The notes under the pieces were generated by a model that was not told where the DNA came from, made no database searches, and saw nothing but the letters and a program-made list of their open reading frames with translations. Below, in pieces: positions 9,113-17,886 of a stretch of DNA of 64,000 nucleotides. Location of the stretch: sequence record PZ386969.1; one strand, given 5' to 3'. This stretch comes from a phage. A program made the translations under genes and the position numbers. How positions within the stretch are numbered: the first letter of the stretch is position 1; the number at the start of each line of letters is the position of its first letter.

Positions 9113-9577
9113 TTATTCGCTCTTGGCCTTCGTAGGCCGGATAATGTATTTTGGGACCAGCTTCCATTCAGGAACCTGATCGTGTTTAACCACTTTAATG
9201 CGTGACATATCGGCGGCTTCGGTGACCTGCTCGGGATGAATGACCTTCACCATGTTCCACTGCTCCAGCAGCTTGATGATGCGGTTCATCCTCAGGACAT
9301 CTTCGCGGTTAAATCCGTTGTAATGCCCGTCCAGCATGAATAGATGCTTAAAGTGGACGATATAATACTTACCACACTTATGAAGAATATGGCAAGTCTG
9401 ATACAGAGTATTCGGCTCTTGGCGCGTGTTTACCCCAATCCGGCTCAGTGTTTCCTTGATCCCCAGGAATATTCCTGGCCGATCTTGGTTCAATTGAACT
9501 TCAACCATACAATCAACGATGCTGGCCTCATCGTTGACGGCTGAAATGTTCAATATGTCTAGCGTATTGCGCGCCAT
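9113..9577 (-). CDS. regA: translational repressor RegA
   Basis: LYQTCHILHKCGKYYIVHFKHL and EWKLVPKY match T4 RegA (LYQSCHILQKKGLYYIVHFKEM, EWKLVPKY); AAGGAG RBS; about 25-aa N-terminal extension relative to T4. Confidence 0.8.
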   Translation of the reverse strand: MARNTLDILNISAVNDEASIVDCMVEVQLNQDRPGIFLGIKETLSRIGVNTRQEPNTLYQTCHILHKCGKYYIVHFKHLFMLDGHYNGFNREDVLRMNRIIKLLEQWNMVKVIHPEQVTEAADMSRIKVVKHDQVPEWKLVPKYIIRPTKAKSE

Positions 9578-9606
9578 GACTCATTCTCCTTTCACAATAG
9601 TTTGAA

Positions 9607-10029
9607 CTACTTAGCCTTGCGCGGTTTCGCTTTGGCGTTCAGCTCAGTGCGTCTCATCTTCTCGCGTATTTCGGCCAGGACTTCCTTCGGCAAGAAACGG
9701 ACGTACTCGGATGCCTTCTCCATGCTGATGTAGAAGTACTCGGAGAGTAACTTCACGTCAGGATCAATCGGACCTTTCTTAGACCATTTGTCGTAGCGTT
9801 TCCGCGCCGGAATGGTGTGAAAGGCATATGACCATTGCATCCATGGAGTAACAGCATGCAGTTTGTTCATCTGCTGAGCGGTCACTAGAGTGTCTTTGCT
9901 CTGAGCTAAACCACGCCGCGTCATAAACGGGTCGAATCCTTTCAACACTTCTGGGTCATCAGTCCGCAGAAGGTTTTCTTTGCTGCTGTTCAGAGCAGAC
10001 AGGTAATCGAACAATCCAAGGGCGGCCAT
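9607..10029 (-). CDS. gp62: clamp loader small subunit (gp62-like)
   Basis: TIPARKRYDKWSKK resembles T4 gp62 AVPRGKRYGKWAKL; position between gp44 and regA as in T4. Confidence 0.7.
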   Translation of the reverse strand: MAALGLFDYLSALNSSKENLLRTDDPEVLKGFDPFMTRRGLAQSKDTLVTAQQMNKLHAVTPWMQWSYAFHTIPARKRYDKWSKKGPIDPDVKLLSEYFYISMEKASEYVRFLPKEVLAEIREKMRRTELNAKAKPRKAK

Positions 10030-10033
10030 AGTA

Positions 10034-11023
10034 TCACTTCCACTTGATGTTGAGCATGACGTTGGTCAGGAAATACACAGCATGCAGCCAGACATCGCCG
10101 ACCTGACGGTGTTCAATCTGAGACTGACCACACACGCATACCAGATCAGGGATAGACTCATTCTGAACCAACATTTGCTTCTCTTTATCCTGTGGTACAC
10201 AGAACTGGAAGAAGCGGGAATAGAAGTCTTCAGTGATATAGTTCTGGTTGTCGGTCACCCACTGCTTCATCCCAGCCCAGTCATTATCCTTCAACATATT
10301 CACCAACATGCCCATATCGGCCGATTTTAACACAGCCAGTGCACGTTCGTCGATCTTGCCGTAAGTGGTGACGTTATCCTGTAGAACACCCATGATGCGG
10401 CGGTTATCAGGGAAATGGCGCTTGACAATAGCAGCCAACACAGGAGGGTCATACTCAACACCTTCGCAGCGAAGGATTTCAGCACAGCGGCGCATGAACT
10501 GAAGTTTTACCTCATCAGCCTCAGCCTCATTCCAGATAAAGTCGATTTCACGGCAACGAGAGCGCAGAGGTTCGTTCACACGTTGCTTGGCGTTGGTGGT
10601 CAGGATGAATGAACAGTTCTTGGAGACCTTCTCCACAATACCCTTCAGCGACTCCTGTGCCGCCATAGACAGACGCTCTACTTCGTCGAGGATAACGACT
10701 TTGCGACCACCGAATACGCTCACACCAGTAGAGTACTGAATCACGCGGTCACGGATAACGTCGATGCTGTTGTCCAGGGATGCGTTGATCATCAGTGGTT
10801 GCTTACAACCGATTTCATTACACACGGCCAGGGCGGAGGTAGTCTTGCCAGTACCAGGCTGAGGGGAGTAGAACAGCATAGACGGGATGTTGCCGTTGCC
10901 GCTGGTGATGTAGCCATGGATTTTAGCGCGGACGTCTTGAGGGATGATAATCTCGTCCAGGTTGTCAGGGCGGTACTTGTTTTCCCATGCGTACTGGTCG
11001 GAAACGATAGTGATATTAGACAT
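10034..11023 (-). CDS. gp44: clamp loader large subunit (gp44-like AAA+ ATPase)
   Basis: ENKYRP and SPQPGTGKTT Walker A match T4 gp44; start moved from track alternative start (11080) to ATG MSNITIV with GAGG RBS. Confidence 0.85.
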   Translation of the reverse strand: MSNITIVSDQYAWENKYRPDNLDEIIIPQDVRAKIHGYITSGNGNIPSMLFYSPQPGTGKTTSALAVCNEIGCKQPLMINASLDNSIDVIRDRVIQYSTGVSVFGGRKVVILDEVERLSMAAQESLKGIVEKVSKNCSFILTTNAKQRVNEPLRSRCREIDFIWNEAEADEVKLQFMRRCAEILRCEGVEYDPPVLAAIVKRHFPDNRRIMGVLQDNVTTYGKIDERALAVLKSADMGMLVNMLKDNDWAGMKQWVTDNQNYITEDFYSRFFQFCVPQDKEKQMLVQNESIPDLVCVCGQSQIEHRQVGDVWLHAVYFLTNVMLNIKWK

Positions 11024-11103
11024 TTCAGCCTCGTGTAGAAGAATCATTTCAAATAGGCGGGGAACGCCCCGCCCACACATTATAGCATCAGGCTGGAGAT
11101 TGA

Positions 11104-11772
11104 TTACTCAATCTGTGCGCCGACGAAGTAATTGATCGTCGCGTCGGATGATTGGAAGTTCACCATCTGTAGATCAGCACAGGCACGCAGAGTGTAGTTG
11201 CCTTCGATCATTTTCAGGTTGGCAACATCCAGCGGCATTACGAAGTCCGGCAGCGCGGTTTCGCCCAGCTCAACAGTGTAGTTGTTGGAGTTGTCCAGGG
11301 TAGTGGTGGTTGCAACCAGGCGAGTTTTGCCACCCTGAGCAACCAGGCGCACAGTCTTGTGTCCGAGGGTAGAACAGGCGCGGGTCAGTTCTTTCATCTT
11401 CTCTGGAGTGATGATCGCTTCAAAGTCGACAGACGGCAGTTCAATGGTGTCAGCCGGAACAACAGTGAGTTCTTTAGCAGAACGCCAGAATTGCAGCTGA
11501 GAGTTTTCGCCTTTCAACAGGATGTAGTCCTGATGGAATTCGGCTTTACCACCTTTGAAGGAAGGCAGGCGCTGGATGGCCAGAAGTTTGGTCAGGTCCA
11601 GGATAGGGAACTCAAACGGGAAGTCTTCTTCGATCTGTGCCACGGCGATAACAGTAGACGAATCGTTAATGCTGCGCAGCATCTTACCCGGTGTCAGGAC
11701 GATAGATGGGTTGATGGTCTCAAAGTTGGCCAGCAACTGAAGTGTACGTTCGGAGAGAGTGATCTCTTGCAT
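11104..11772 (-). CDS. gp45: sliding clamp (gp45-like)
   Basis: N-terminus LQLLANFETINPS resembles T4 gp45 ALLKNFATINSG; 222 aa; GAGGATA RBS. Confidence 0.8.
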   Translation of the reverse strand: MQEITLSERTLQLLANFETINPSIVLTPGKMLRSINDSSTVIAVAQIEEDFPFEFPILDLTKLLAIQRLPSFKGGKAEFHQDYILLKGENSQLQFWRSAKELTVVPADTIELPSVDFEAIITPEKMKELTRACSTLGHKTVRLVAQGGKTRLVATTTTLDNSNNYTVELGETALPDFVMPLDVANLKMIEGNYTLRACADLQMVNFQSSDATINYFVGAQIE

Positions 11773-11904
11773 TTGTATGTATCCTCAAAATATAGTGGGG
11801 GTTCAAGTCATGTTTGACGCAATCTAGTATCGCTGTGTTTTGTTTATAGAACAAGTGGCAAATTGCGCTACGCGTTATTAATAAATGCCTTCGGCATTTA
11901 TGGA

Positions 11905-11951
11905 CTTTATTAAAGATAATAACCTTTATTAAAGATAATAATCTTTATTAA
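11905..11951. repeat. AT-rich tandem direct repeat (19-nt unit CTTTATTAAAGATAATAAY, about 2.5 copies)
   Basis: Direct reading in the gp45 / plus-gene divergent region; hairpin AAATGCC-TTCG-GGCATTT just upstream at 11883-11900. Confidence 0.6.
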
Positions 11952-11980
11952 TCCTATTCGCTTCGCTCATAAAACAAATA

Positions 11981-12008
11981 CTCGTTGTTCGTTAACACTC
12001 ACAACTCG
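11981..12008. repeat. 28-nt motif CTCGTTGTTCGTTAACACTCACAACTCG, second copy at 52651-52678
   Basis: 27 of 28 identical between the two copies. Confidence 0.6.
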
Positions 12009-12014
12009 TATAAT
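11985..12014 (+). promoter_or_regulatory. sigma70-like promoter TTGTTC-N18-TATAAT
   Basis: -35 at 11985-11990, -10 at 12009-12014; about 120 nt upstream of plus gene 12136. Confidence 0.4.
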
Positions 12015-12135
12015 ACCACGCCATTGTTCAACAGGAAAGCAATTTTTTATTCAACAGCAAAATTAATTTAATTTGGTCTAAACATGCATGCGAAATAATA
12101 TGTATGTCAGGTTAACCAACACACGAGAGTAATAT

Positions 12136-12507
12136 ATGAAACAGTTCGTAGGATTATATGCGGTCGGATGCAGTAAGCCAGACGCCATCCTCACCGCAGG
12201 GCAATTTGTCACAGGCACCCCAGTTTATCTGGCACAGCTGGCGTCAGACAAGAACTTACCATCGGAGCCGCGATTTGTCCCTCTTGGCTTGATGACAGGC
12301 CTGAAAGTTGGTCTGTATGTCGGTGTTGTGACGTTTGAAAACGGCATCGAAGCGAAGGTTCTACCATTCAAAATGGGCAGCGAACAAATGCTGAAGGATA
12401 CGATCAGTGAACACCTGAACTCACAATGTCTGGCTTCTCTGGACAAATTGTTCGGCGTAGTATCTGATGAAGGCGAGGCCACCCCCGCCTATGTGAATCA
12501 AGATTAA
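12136..12507 (+). CDS. hypothetical protein (123 aa), plus strand, divergent from gp45
   Basis: ORF in track with ATG; 4-nt convergent overlap with UvsW 3' end; sigma70-like promoter about 125 nt upstream. Confidence 0.5.
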   Translation: MKQFVGLYAVGCSKPDAILTAGQFVTGTPVYLAQLASDKNLPSEPRFVPLGLMTGLKVGLYVGVVTFENGIEAKVLPFKMGSEQMLKDTISEHLNSQCLASLDKLFGVVSDEGEATPAYVNQD

Positions 12508-14012
12508 TCGTGATTACCCAGCGCCACCTTCATGAATTCCACAGGGTGGCGCTCTGCCAGGTAAAACTTGTAACGCTCGTGAGAGTGCCTAAGAGCGTGG
12601 TTCGTGCTGGCGTTGTACGATGCATCATCCACTAAGTCCCATATCCACGCGACGTCCTTAGAGGAGTGCTGACGCATCAGACGACCCAATGTCTGTATGA
12701 CGCGGATATATGACTTGCTCGGGTGTGCCAGTACAAGGTGGTGTAGCTTCTTGATCGACACTCCCTGCTGCATTGTCCCGTATGATGCCAACAGGGTGAT
12801 GTCCTCTCCATCCTCCATCGCTTTCTGTATGCGGCGGCGGTCTTCGATCTTCACTTCCCCGTTGATGACAAACACGTTGGGCTTGACTGCGCTCAGCATA
12901 TCATACACGACCATCATGTGACCATCAATACGTTCGAACATGATGGCCACGTTTCCTTTCAGATTCAGTGCCATCTTGGCGATCAGTTCGTTGCGGGACT
13001 GGTGTGTGATAAGGTATTCTATTTCCTTGGAATAATCCCCGTCTAGACCAACAGCATCCGCCGGAGTGTGCTTCAGCTGAATCATCTTCACTTTGATGTC
13101 AGTGGCGTACCCGAGATTGATAAGATCGCGAGCCGTGATGATCTTATGGTACGCCCCGAAGTGAGCCACCACCTGAAGCCCGGCAACTTTGGTATTCGCC
13201 AGCGTACCTGTAACCCCCAGGCGCTGGTCGGCATAGATGCAGTTGTTTAGGATGTAAGACAGTTTCTCAGACTTGGAGGTGTGCACTTCATCCACCACGA
13301 TATCACCGAACTGGTGGAACCATTCCTTCGGCTGGTCTTGAATACCCTGCCATGTACTGATGACGATTGGTTTGCTGATTTCCTTTGTCGCGCCCTCAAA
13401 GATCAATTGAGTGTTGACAACGGGCTTCCAATCACTGCCGTGTGCGTACTCTTCAAAGTTGTCGTACAGCTGAGTGACCAGGTGAATTGACGGAACCACG
13501 ATAAGCGTCTTCAGAGGACTTTCGAGAGCTTCTCTGCGCTGCCTGTAGTACCGCGCCATGACATACAGAATAAAGGACTTACCGGCACTCGTAGCCAGTT
13601 CACAGACGCATCTGGTTTGACGCATAGCCTTGGCGATGGTGTCGTACTGGTAGTCACGAGTCTCGGCATCGATATATTCGTGATTTTCGGTGCGGATCTT
13701 TGGATGCAGACTGTTGATGAAGTCATGGATTTCTTGGTCTGGGATGTCCTGAATGTACTTCAGAGCCGGATCCAGTTCAATGGTGTAGTTGTTGTTCTTG
13801 CAGAACTTGAACACCTCAAACAGTAGGCCGATATCAATCAGGCCGGATGACTTGGTGAACAAGCGAACAACCCCGTCCCATTTAGAGAAGGGGTTGGGAA
13901 CGAAGTTCGGGTCTTCGAATTTGAAGTAGTCATTCAGTTCTTCCCTGATAGAAAGATCTGCGATGCAACGCATGCGGACTTCGTTAACCTTAACAATCTG
14001 GATGTCTGCCAT
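12504..14012 (-). CDS. uvsW: UvsW-like SF2 DNA helicase
   Basis: ATSAGKS Walker A, DIVVDEVH box, and extended similarity to T4 UvsW (WQGIQDQPKEWFHQFG vs WQTVVKQPKEWFSQFG; KKLHHLVLAHPSKS vs KNLHHVVLAHGVKS); start at ATG MADIQIVKV with GGGAGA RBS. Confidence 0.85.
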   Translation of the reverse strand: MADIQIVKVNEVRMRCIADLSIREELNDYFKFEDPNFVPNPFSKWDGVVRLFTKSSGLIDIGLLFEVFKFCKNNNYTIELDPALKYIQDIPDQEIHDFINSLHPKIRTENHEYIDAETRDYQYDTIAKAMRQTRCVCELATSAGKSFILYVMARYYRQRREALESPLKTLIVVPSIHLVTQLYDNFEEYAHGSDWKPVVNTQLIFEGATKEISKPIVISTWQGIQDQPKEWFHQFGDIVVDEVHTSKSEKLSYILNNCIYADQRLGVTGTLANTKVAGLQVVAHFGAYHKIITARDLINLGYATDIKVKMIQLKHTPADAVGLDGDYSKEIEYLITHQSRNELIAKMALNLKGNVAIMFERIDGHMMVVYDMLSAVKPNVFVINGEVKIEDRRRIQKAMEDGEDITLLASYGTMQQGVSIKKLHHLVLAHPSKSYIRVIQTLGRLMRQHSSKDVAWIWDLVDDASYNASTNHALRHSHERYKFYLAERHPVEFMKVALGNHD

Positions 14013-14015
14013 ACA

Positions 14016-14044
14016 AAATCTCCCAAGAATTATGGGGTATTTAG
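14016..14044 (-). promoter_or_regulatory. late promoter motif CTAAATACCCCAT with imperfect inverted partner TGGGAGATTT upstream of uvsW
   Basis: Minus strand reads CTAAATACCCCATAATTCTTGGGAGATTTTGT then ATG. Confidence 0.5.
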
Positions 14045-14787
14045 TGATCTGGCCAGACTCCGTTCTGTTCTTTATCCATGCGATGGTACAGACGAACACG
14101 CTCAAACATCTTTGTCAGGATGTCATCACGGTTGAACTCAATGACGGTTGGTAGAGGGGAAGACTCGTTGGCGATCACATTGATGAGGCGGGTGATCTTG
14201 ACACCGAACATCTGCTGGAACATGACCGAATATAAGCACAGCTGGATACTGTAGTCCTCGATCATTCCCCGCGTCTTCATGATGTTCGATGTCTTGAAGT
14301 CGATGATAGCAGGTTTACCCTCATAAATCCCAATAAGGTCCACTCGACCTGCAAGACCAAGCACCTCGCTGTATAATGGGATCTCCTGAGCATAGATCTT
14401 TGTCATCTTGTTCAGATAGGGGAACAGCTGCTTGAACATGAACATGTATTCGCCAGCCGCTTCCAACACTTCTTTCATTGGGCGGTTCTTCAAATACAGT
14501 TCGCATGCAAGGTGCAGCTTCTCCCCTCGGTCAGCGCAACGCATGGTCTCAAGGTCGGCGGCCTCTGCACCTAGCTTCTTCCTCCAAGCCTCAAGCCATT
14601 CATGATCACCAGTACGCCCCAGCATAGTCGTGACGGATGTCAGCTTGACGCCAGTCGGCGATACATAATGACGACCGTTTTCCGTCGTCACACACTCCAG
14701 TTCCTTGTAAGGAAGTTCGTACTGCTGGAATGTGTAATGGCGGTTTTCGAAGTCATTCAGCTTGCGTAGATCCTGGAGAGATGCCAT
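14041..14787 (-). CDS. PD-(D/E)xK nuclease-like protein (Cas4/RecB-type motifs)
   Basis: GRVDLIG, IIDFKTS and QLCLY motifs in canonical order. Confidence 0.5.
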   Translation of the reverse strand: MASLQDLRKLNDFENRHYTFQQYELPYKELECVTTENGRHYVSPTGVKLTSVTTMLGRTGDHEWLEAWRKKLGAEAADLETMRCADRGEKLHLACELYLKNRPMKEVLEAAGEYMFMFKQLFPYLNKMTKIYAQEIPLYSEVLGLAGRVDLIGIYEGKPAIIDFKTSNIMKTRGMIEDYSIQLCLYSVMFQQMFGVKITRLINVIANESSPLPTVIEFNRDDILTKMFERVRLYHRMDKEQNGVWPDH

Positions 14788-14802
14788 TATGTGTGATCCT
14801 TG

Positions 14803-15255
14803 TTATACACCATCGAGATACTTTCTCCATTCAATAGCATTTTTCACTTCGTATCCCAGTTTGTTCAGGCGATCCAAACAAGTCTCTATGAACTTGACTT
14901 TTGCTTTTTGTTCTTGTAACAGAACAGACAACTCCACATAGTCATCGTCTGCTTTGACCCATGTATCCAGGTCAGACTTCAGGGGGCGAACCTTCAGGGG
15001 GCGCTCTGCGTAGATGTTCGGGGGTAACTCCCCTGCATAGTAGCGGCGCAAATAGAGATCTATCTGACGGAAGCGCCCATTGAGGAATTCAAGATAACGC
15101 CCCTCGCGCAGATAATGCCGCTGTACAGCCATCCAAGAGTGCCCGATTTTCAGCGAGATCTGGTCAAGGTTCATGTCTTCTGGGTCCACTGTGATCAGTG
15201 GCTCCAGTTCGTTCATGATGTCCTCGGTAGCCATTGTCTGTAGTTGTTCTTTCAT
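14803..15255 (-). CDS. hypothetical protein
   Basis: ORF in track; start moved from GTG (15303) to ATG MKEQLQT. Confidence 0.45.
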   Translation of the reverse strand: MKEQLQTMATEDIMNELEPLITVDPEDMNLDQISLKIGHSWMAVQRHYLREGRYLEFLNGRFRQIDLYLRRYYAGELPPNIYAERPLKVRPLKSDLDTWVKADDDYVELSVLLQEQKAKVKFIETCLDRLNKLGYEVKNAIEWRKYLDGV

Positions 15256-15299
15256 AAAATATCCCAGCTTGTCAATGTCATAGAGAATTATACCGCATT

Positions 15300-16103
15300 T
15301 CACTGATTAGAATCAATCGCCTTCCCACCAGATAGTGGAACCAGCTGTTGGAACTTGAAGGTCACTGTCGTCACCAGCTGAGGTACAGCCGCGTCTACGT
15401 CCACCAGTACGTTGTCCAAAGCAGTCGGGCGGGCTTCCTCCAGCACTAGAGTGAGGCCAATCGGTCGGTTGAGGTTATCCAGCAATTCAATGGTAATGTC
15501 CTTGCTGACAGGCAAATCCTTGCCGACGTTGCTGGTAATCCATTGGTGGATCTGTAACCATGATTTCCAGTCCTCGTCTATAACGAAAGTAAATACGACG
15601 GGATCATAGGTTAAACGTTCTGAAGGAATAGAAACCAGTACGTCTCCTGGCGACGGACCATCGATGCCTTCGGAGTACACCCCTGGTATACTGAAGTCGT
15701 GGATGTTACGGGTTAGGAGTACAAGGTCTCCGATAGTCAGACGCCACTTATCGGACGCCGCGAAATTAGGGTTTTCGTTCTTGAATTGTACGTTGGACAT
15801 AATAGCACCTTTGCTGTGGAGATATTTTGTGACCCTGATGCGCGGGATCAGTAGATTGTTGTTGGCATGCTCGATGCTCTTGTTTACGAGCTGTCGTATC
15901 TTTGTCACGCCAATAATTTCTGTTTCCGAACTCTGGACCCCGGAAGTGCGCACCGTACCTGTGATGTTGTCGGCCAGCGTTCCCACTTGTAACAAGGGTA
16001 TGCTGGACATCATCGTGCAAGAGTTCCAGCCCTTCCAGAAGCTCGTACCTTTAGGTTGCTTTGATGAGAACATGAGCACCCTCAAGCCATACTGGAAGAC
16101 CAC
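15300..16103 (-). CDS. hypothetical protein (start uncertain; internal ATG at 15800 also possible)
   Basis: GTG start with GGAGAGG RBS; C-terminal two thirds look protein-like; N-terminal 100 codons ambiguous against an opposite-strand ORF. Confidence 0.45.
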   Translation of the reverse strand: MVFQYGLRVLMFSSKQPKGTSFWKGWNSCTMMSSIPLLQVGTLADNITGTVRTSGVQSSETEIIGVTKIRQLVNKSIEHANNNLLIPRIRVTKYLHSKGAIMSNVQFKNENPNFAASDKWRLTIGDLVLLTRNIHDFSIPGVYSEGIDGPSPGDVLVSIPSERLTYDPVVFTFVIDEDWKSWLQIHQWITSNVGKDLPVSKDITIELLDNLNRPIGLTLVLEEARPTALDNVLVDVDAAVPQLVTTVTFKFQQLVPLSGGKAIDSNQ

Positions 16104-16479
16104 AATTCCTCTCCTGCGGCGTGGCGATGAAGGGAAGATTCCATACCTTTCAGCCAGTATTTATTACTCTCAGAACAACAGCATCATTATCACTTTTAAT
16201 CCATCATTCTATGCCAAGCTGAAGCAACGCATGGTTGGACGACTGGGTACAACATCGGATATAATCGTGACGTTCAAGATCATGAATGACTCAGATAAAC
16301 CAGTACGAATCGCAACTCAGGGTGTGTTCGTTAACAACGACGCGGTTGGAAATGGGATGAGTATCTTTGAAGTTAACCCAGGGGGAACGATCTTGATCAG
16401 ACTGAGTAATGTGGGTGTGAACTCCCTGCTGTTGGATGGCATCGAACCAGTGGGAGTTCTTCCGGCGCGGGAGCACTGA
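16072..16479 (+). CDS. hypothetical protein (135 aa), plus strand, embedded in minus-strand block
   Basis: 3' part of plus ORF 15664..16479 fills a 376-nt gap with no minus ORF; protein-like composition; weak RBS. Confidence 0.3.
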   Translation: MSTLKPYWKTTIPLLRRGDEGKIPYLSASIYYSQNNSIIITFNPSFYAKLKQRMVGRLGTTSDIIVTFKIMNDSDKPVRIATQGVFVNNDAVGNGMSIFEVNPGGTILIRLSNVGVNSLLLDGIEPVGVLPAREH

Positions 16480-17250
16480 TTACTTCAGTGCGTTCTTCAG
16501 ATTATCGGAACCAATGCTGTTGATGACACCTCCGGCGCAGATATCTTTCGCCCACTCTGAGATCACGTTGGCAAAAGAGAAGTTAAGACACTTACCAACC
16601 ATGTCTTGGATATGGGCTAACTCTGCTGCAATACCGTTCGTGATGTCCTGAGCAATAGAGGCTACTGATGCGACAGCAGTGTCGATGGCCTGAGTAACTT
16701 CAGCAGCCAGTGCCCGAATAGCATCAAGACCAGCACTGACACCCTGAGCTACCAATTCAGCCAACTCATTCATCTTGTTTGTGATAGTTGTGAGAACACT
16801 TTGCATGGTATTGATCCACTGTTTGCCGAGGTTCTGAATAACCCCAAATGCATTATTGATCAGGTCACAGTTGTTCGGTTCTCGACCTATAGACTTCAGA
16901 GCGGACTTATAAGACACAGATGTACCGATGCGGGAATATGCCTCGTTCACTGACTGGTCGCCATAGTTGATCAGCGTGGTGATGCTGGTGTTTGCTGAGT
17001 CGAACATCGCCGTAGATTCGTTGAGTTTGGCTACAGTCAACCCACCTGCCGTCAGCGCTTCCTGAATCTGCGTATTTCCGGTGTTAGCCAGTGACGCTGT
17101 AGTCGCCTTACCACTGGTGATTAACCCCTGTGAGGCGCTGCTGAGGGACGGGAGAGGATTGGTAAAGGCGTTGCCCTGCGATAGGGCGTCATAGATCTGT
17201 GCGTTCATAAGAAAATACCCCCATGGATGATGGGGGTATTTAGGGATCAT
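16480..17250 (-). CDS. hypothetical late protein (Ala-rich, helical); alternative start at 17208
   Basis: ATG at 17250 overlaps the stop of an upstream small ORF (ATGA); second ATG at 17208 lies just after a late-promoter hairpin. Confidence 0.5.
   Translation of the reverse strand: MIPKYPHHPWGYFLMNAQIYDALSQGNAFTNPLPSLSSASQGLITSGKATTASLANTGNTQIQEALTAGGLTVAKLNESTAMFDSANTSITTLINYGDQSVNEAYSRIGTSVSYKSALKSIGREPNNCDLINNAFGVIQNLGKQWINTMQSVLTTITNKMNELAELVAQGVSAGLDAIRALAAEVTQAIDTAVASVASIAQDITNGIAAELAHIQDMVGKCLNFSFANVISEWAKDICAGGVINSIGSDNLKNALK
17213..17243 (-). promoter_or_regulatory. late promoter CTAAATACCCCC as 5' arm of a 10-bp hairpin; 3' arm GGGGGTATTT 9 nt before ATG 17208
   Basis: Perfect inverted repeat AAATACCCCC / GGGGGTATTT with 9-nt loop. 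Confidence 0.55.
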
Positions 17251-17417
17251 GGTAGTTTGTAAACGAAGTTGGACCAGAACTTACGAACAAACTTCTTGAC
17301 ATAAACCATTCGGTTGGCGTATTCCCCATCCTTCAGGTCATTGTAGGTCTCGATCCATACCGCGCCCAAGAAGTACGCCGTGAAGATATAGCAGAACAGA
17401 TTGATGACGACAAACAT
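17247..17417 (-). CDS. small membrane protein (56 aa), absent from ORF track
   Basis: ATG with GGAG RBS; MFVVINLFCYIFTAYFLGAVWI hydrophobic helix; stop overlaps next start. Confidence 0.35.
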   Translation of the reverse strand: MFVVINLFCYIFTAYFLGAVWIETYNDLKDGEYANRMVYVKKFVRKFWSNFVYKLP

Positions 17418-17458
17418 GATGTATCTCCGCTGTGTGTACTCAAATTATTTATGATATG

Positions 17459-17881
17459 TTACAAAAGGCGCTTGGTCTTCGGCTTACCCATTAGAGTGAT
17501 ATCCACAGGGAGGCCAGCTTTCTTGCAACGGTTGATCATGTCCAGGGTGCCAGTGGACGAACCATCCCACATCGCAATCGGATACACTTCCAGCTTGGTC
17601 TGCCTGACGAGATCCAATGCCTTGTCTAACATGTCCTGATTGCGTTTGTTGCCCATCCCGTTCCCATACTTTTCATAATAGCTCGGAGGGATCGGCATGG
17701 GGGTGATATGAACATAATTGATTTCAGCCCAATCACGGCAAATCGTGTCGACACCCGTGGCCTCACCCTCGATCAACGTATAGACTTCATGAGGATCGAG
17801 GAGTTCGTCCAGCTTGGCGAATACCTTATCCCGCTCGGTGATTGAGCGGGAACCCGTAATGAGAACGATATACTTCTTCAT
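17459..17881 (-). CDS. hypothetical protein
   Basis: ORF in track; start moved to ATG MKKYIVLITGSR. Confidence 0.45.
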   Translation of the reverse strand: MKKYIVLITGSRSITERDKVFAKLDELLDPHEVYTLIEGEATGVDTICRDWAEINYVHITPMPIPPSYYEKYGNGMGNKRNQDMLDKALDLVRQTKLEVYPIAMWDGSSTGTLDMINRCKKAGLPVDITLMGKPKTKRLL

Positions 17882-17886
17882 AGAAC

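Noticed and set aside
15664-16071. 5' two thirds of the 271-aa plus-strand ORF 15664..16479
   Set aside because: Translation is Arg/Cys/Trp-rich and antisense to a protein-like minus-strand gene; only the 3' part (16072..16479) was kept, at low confidence.
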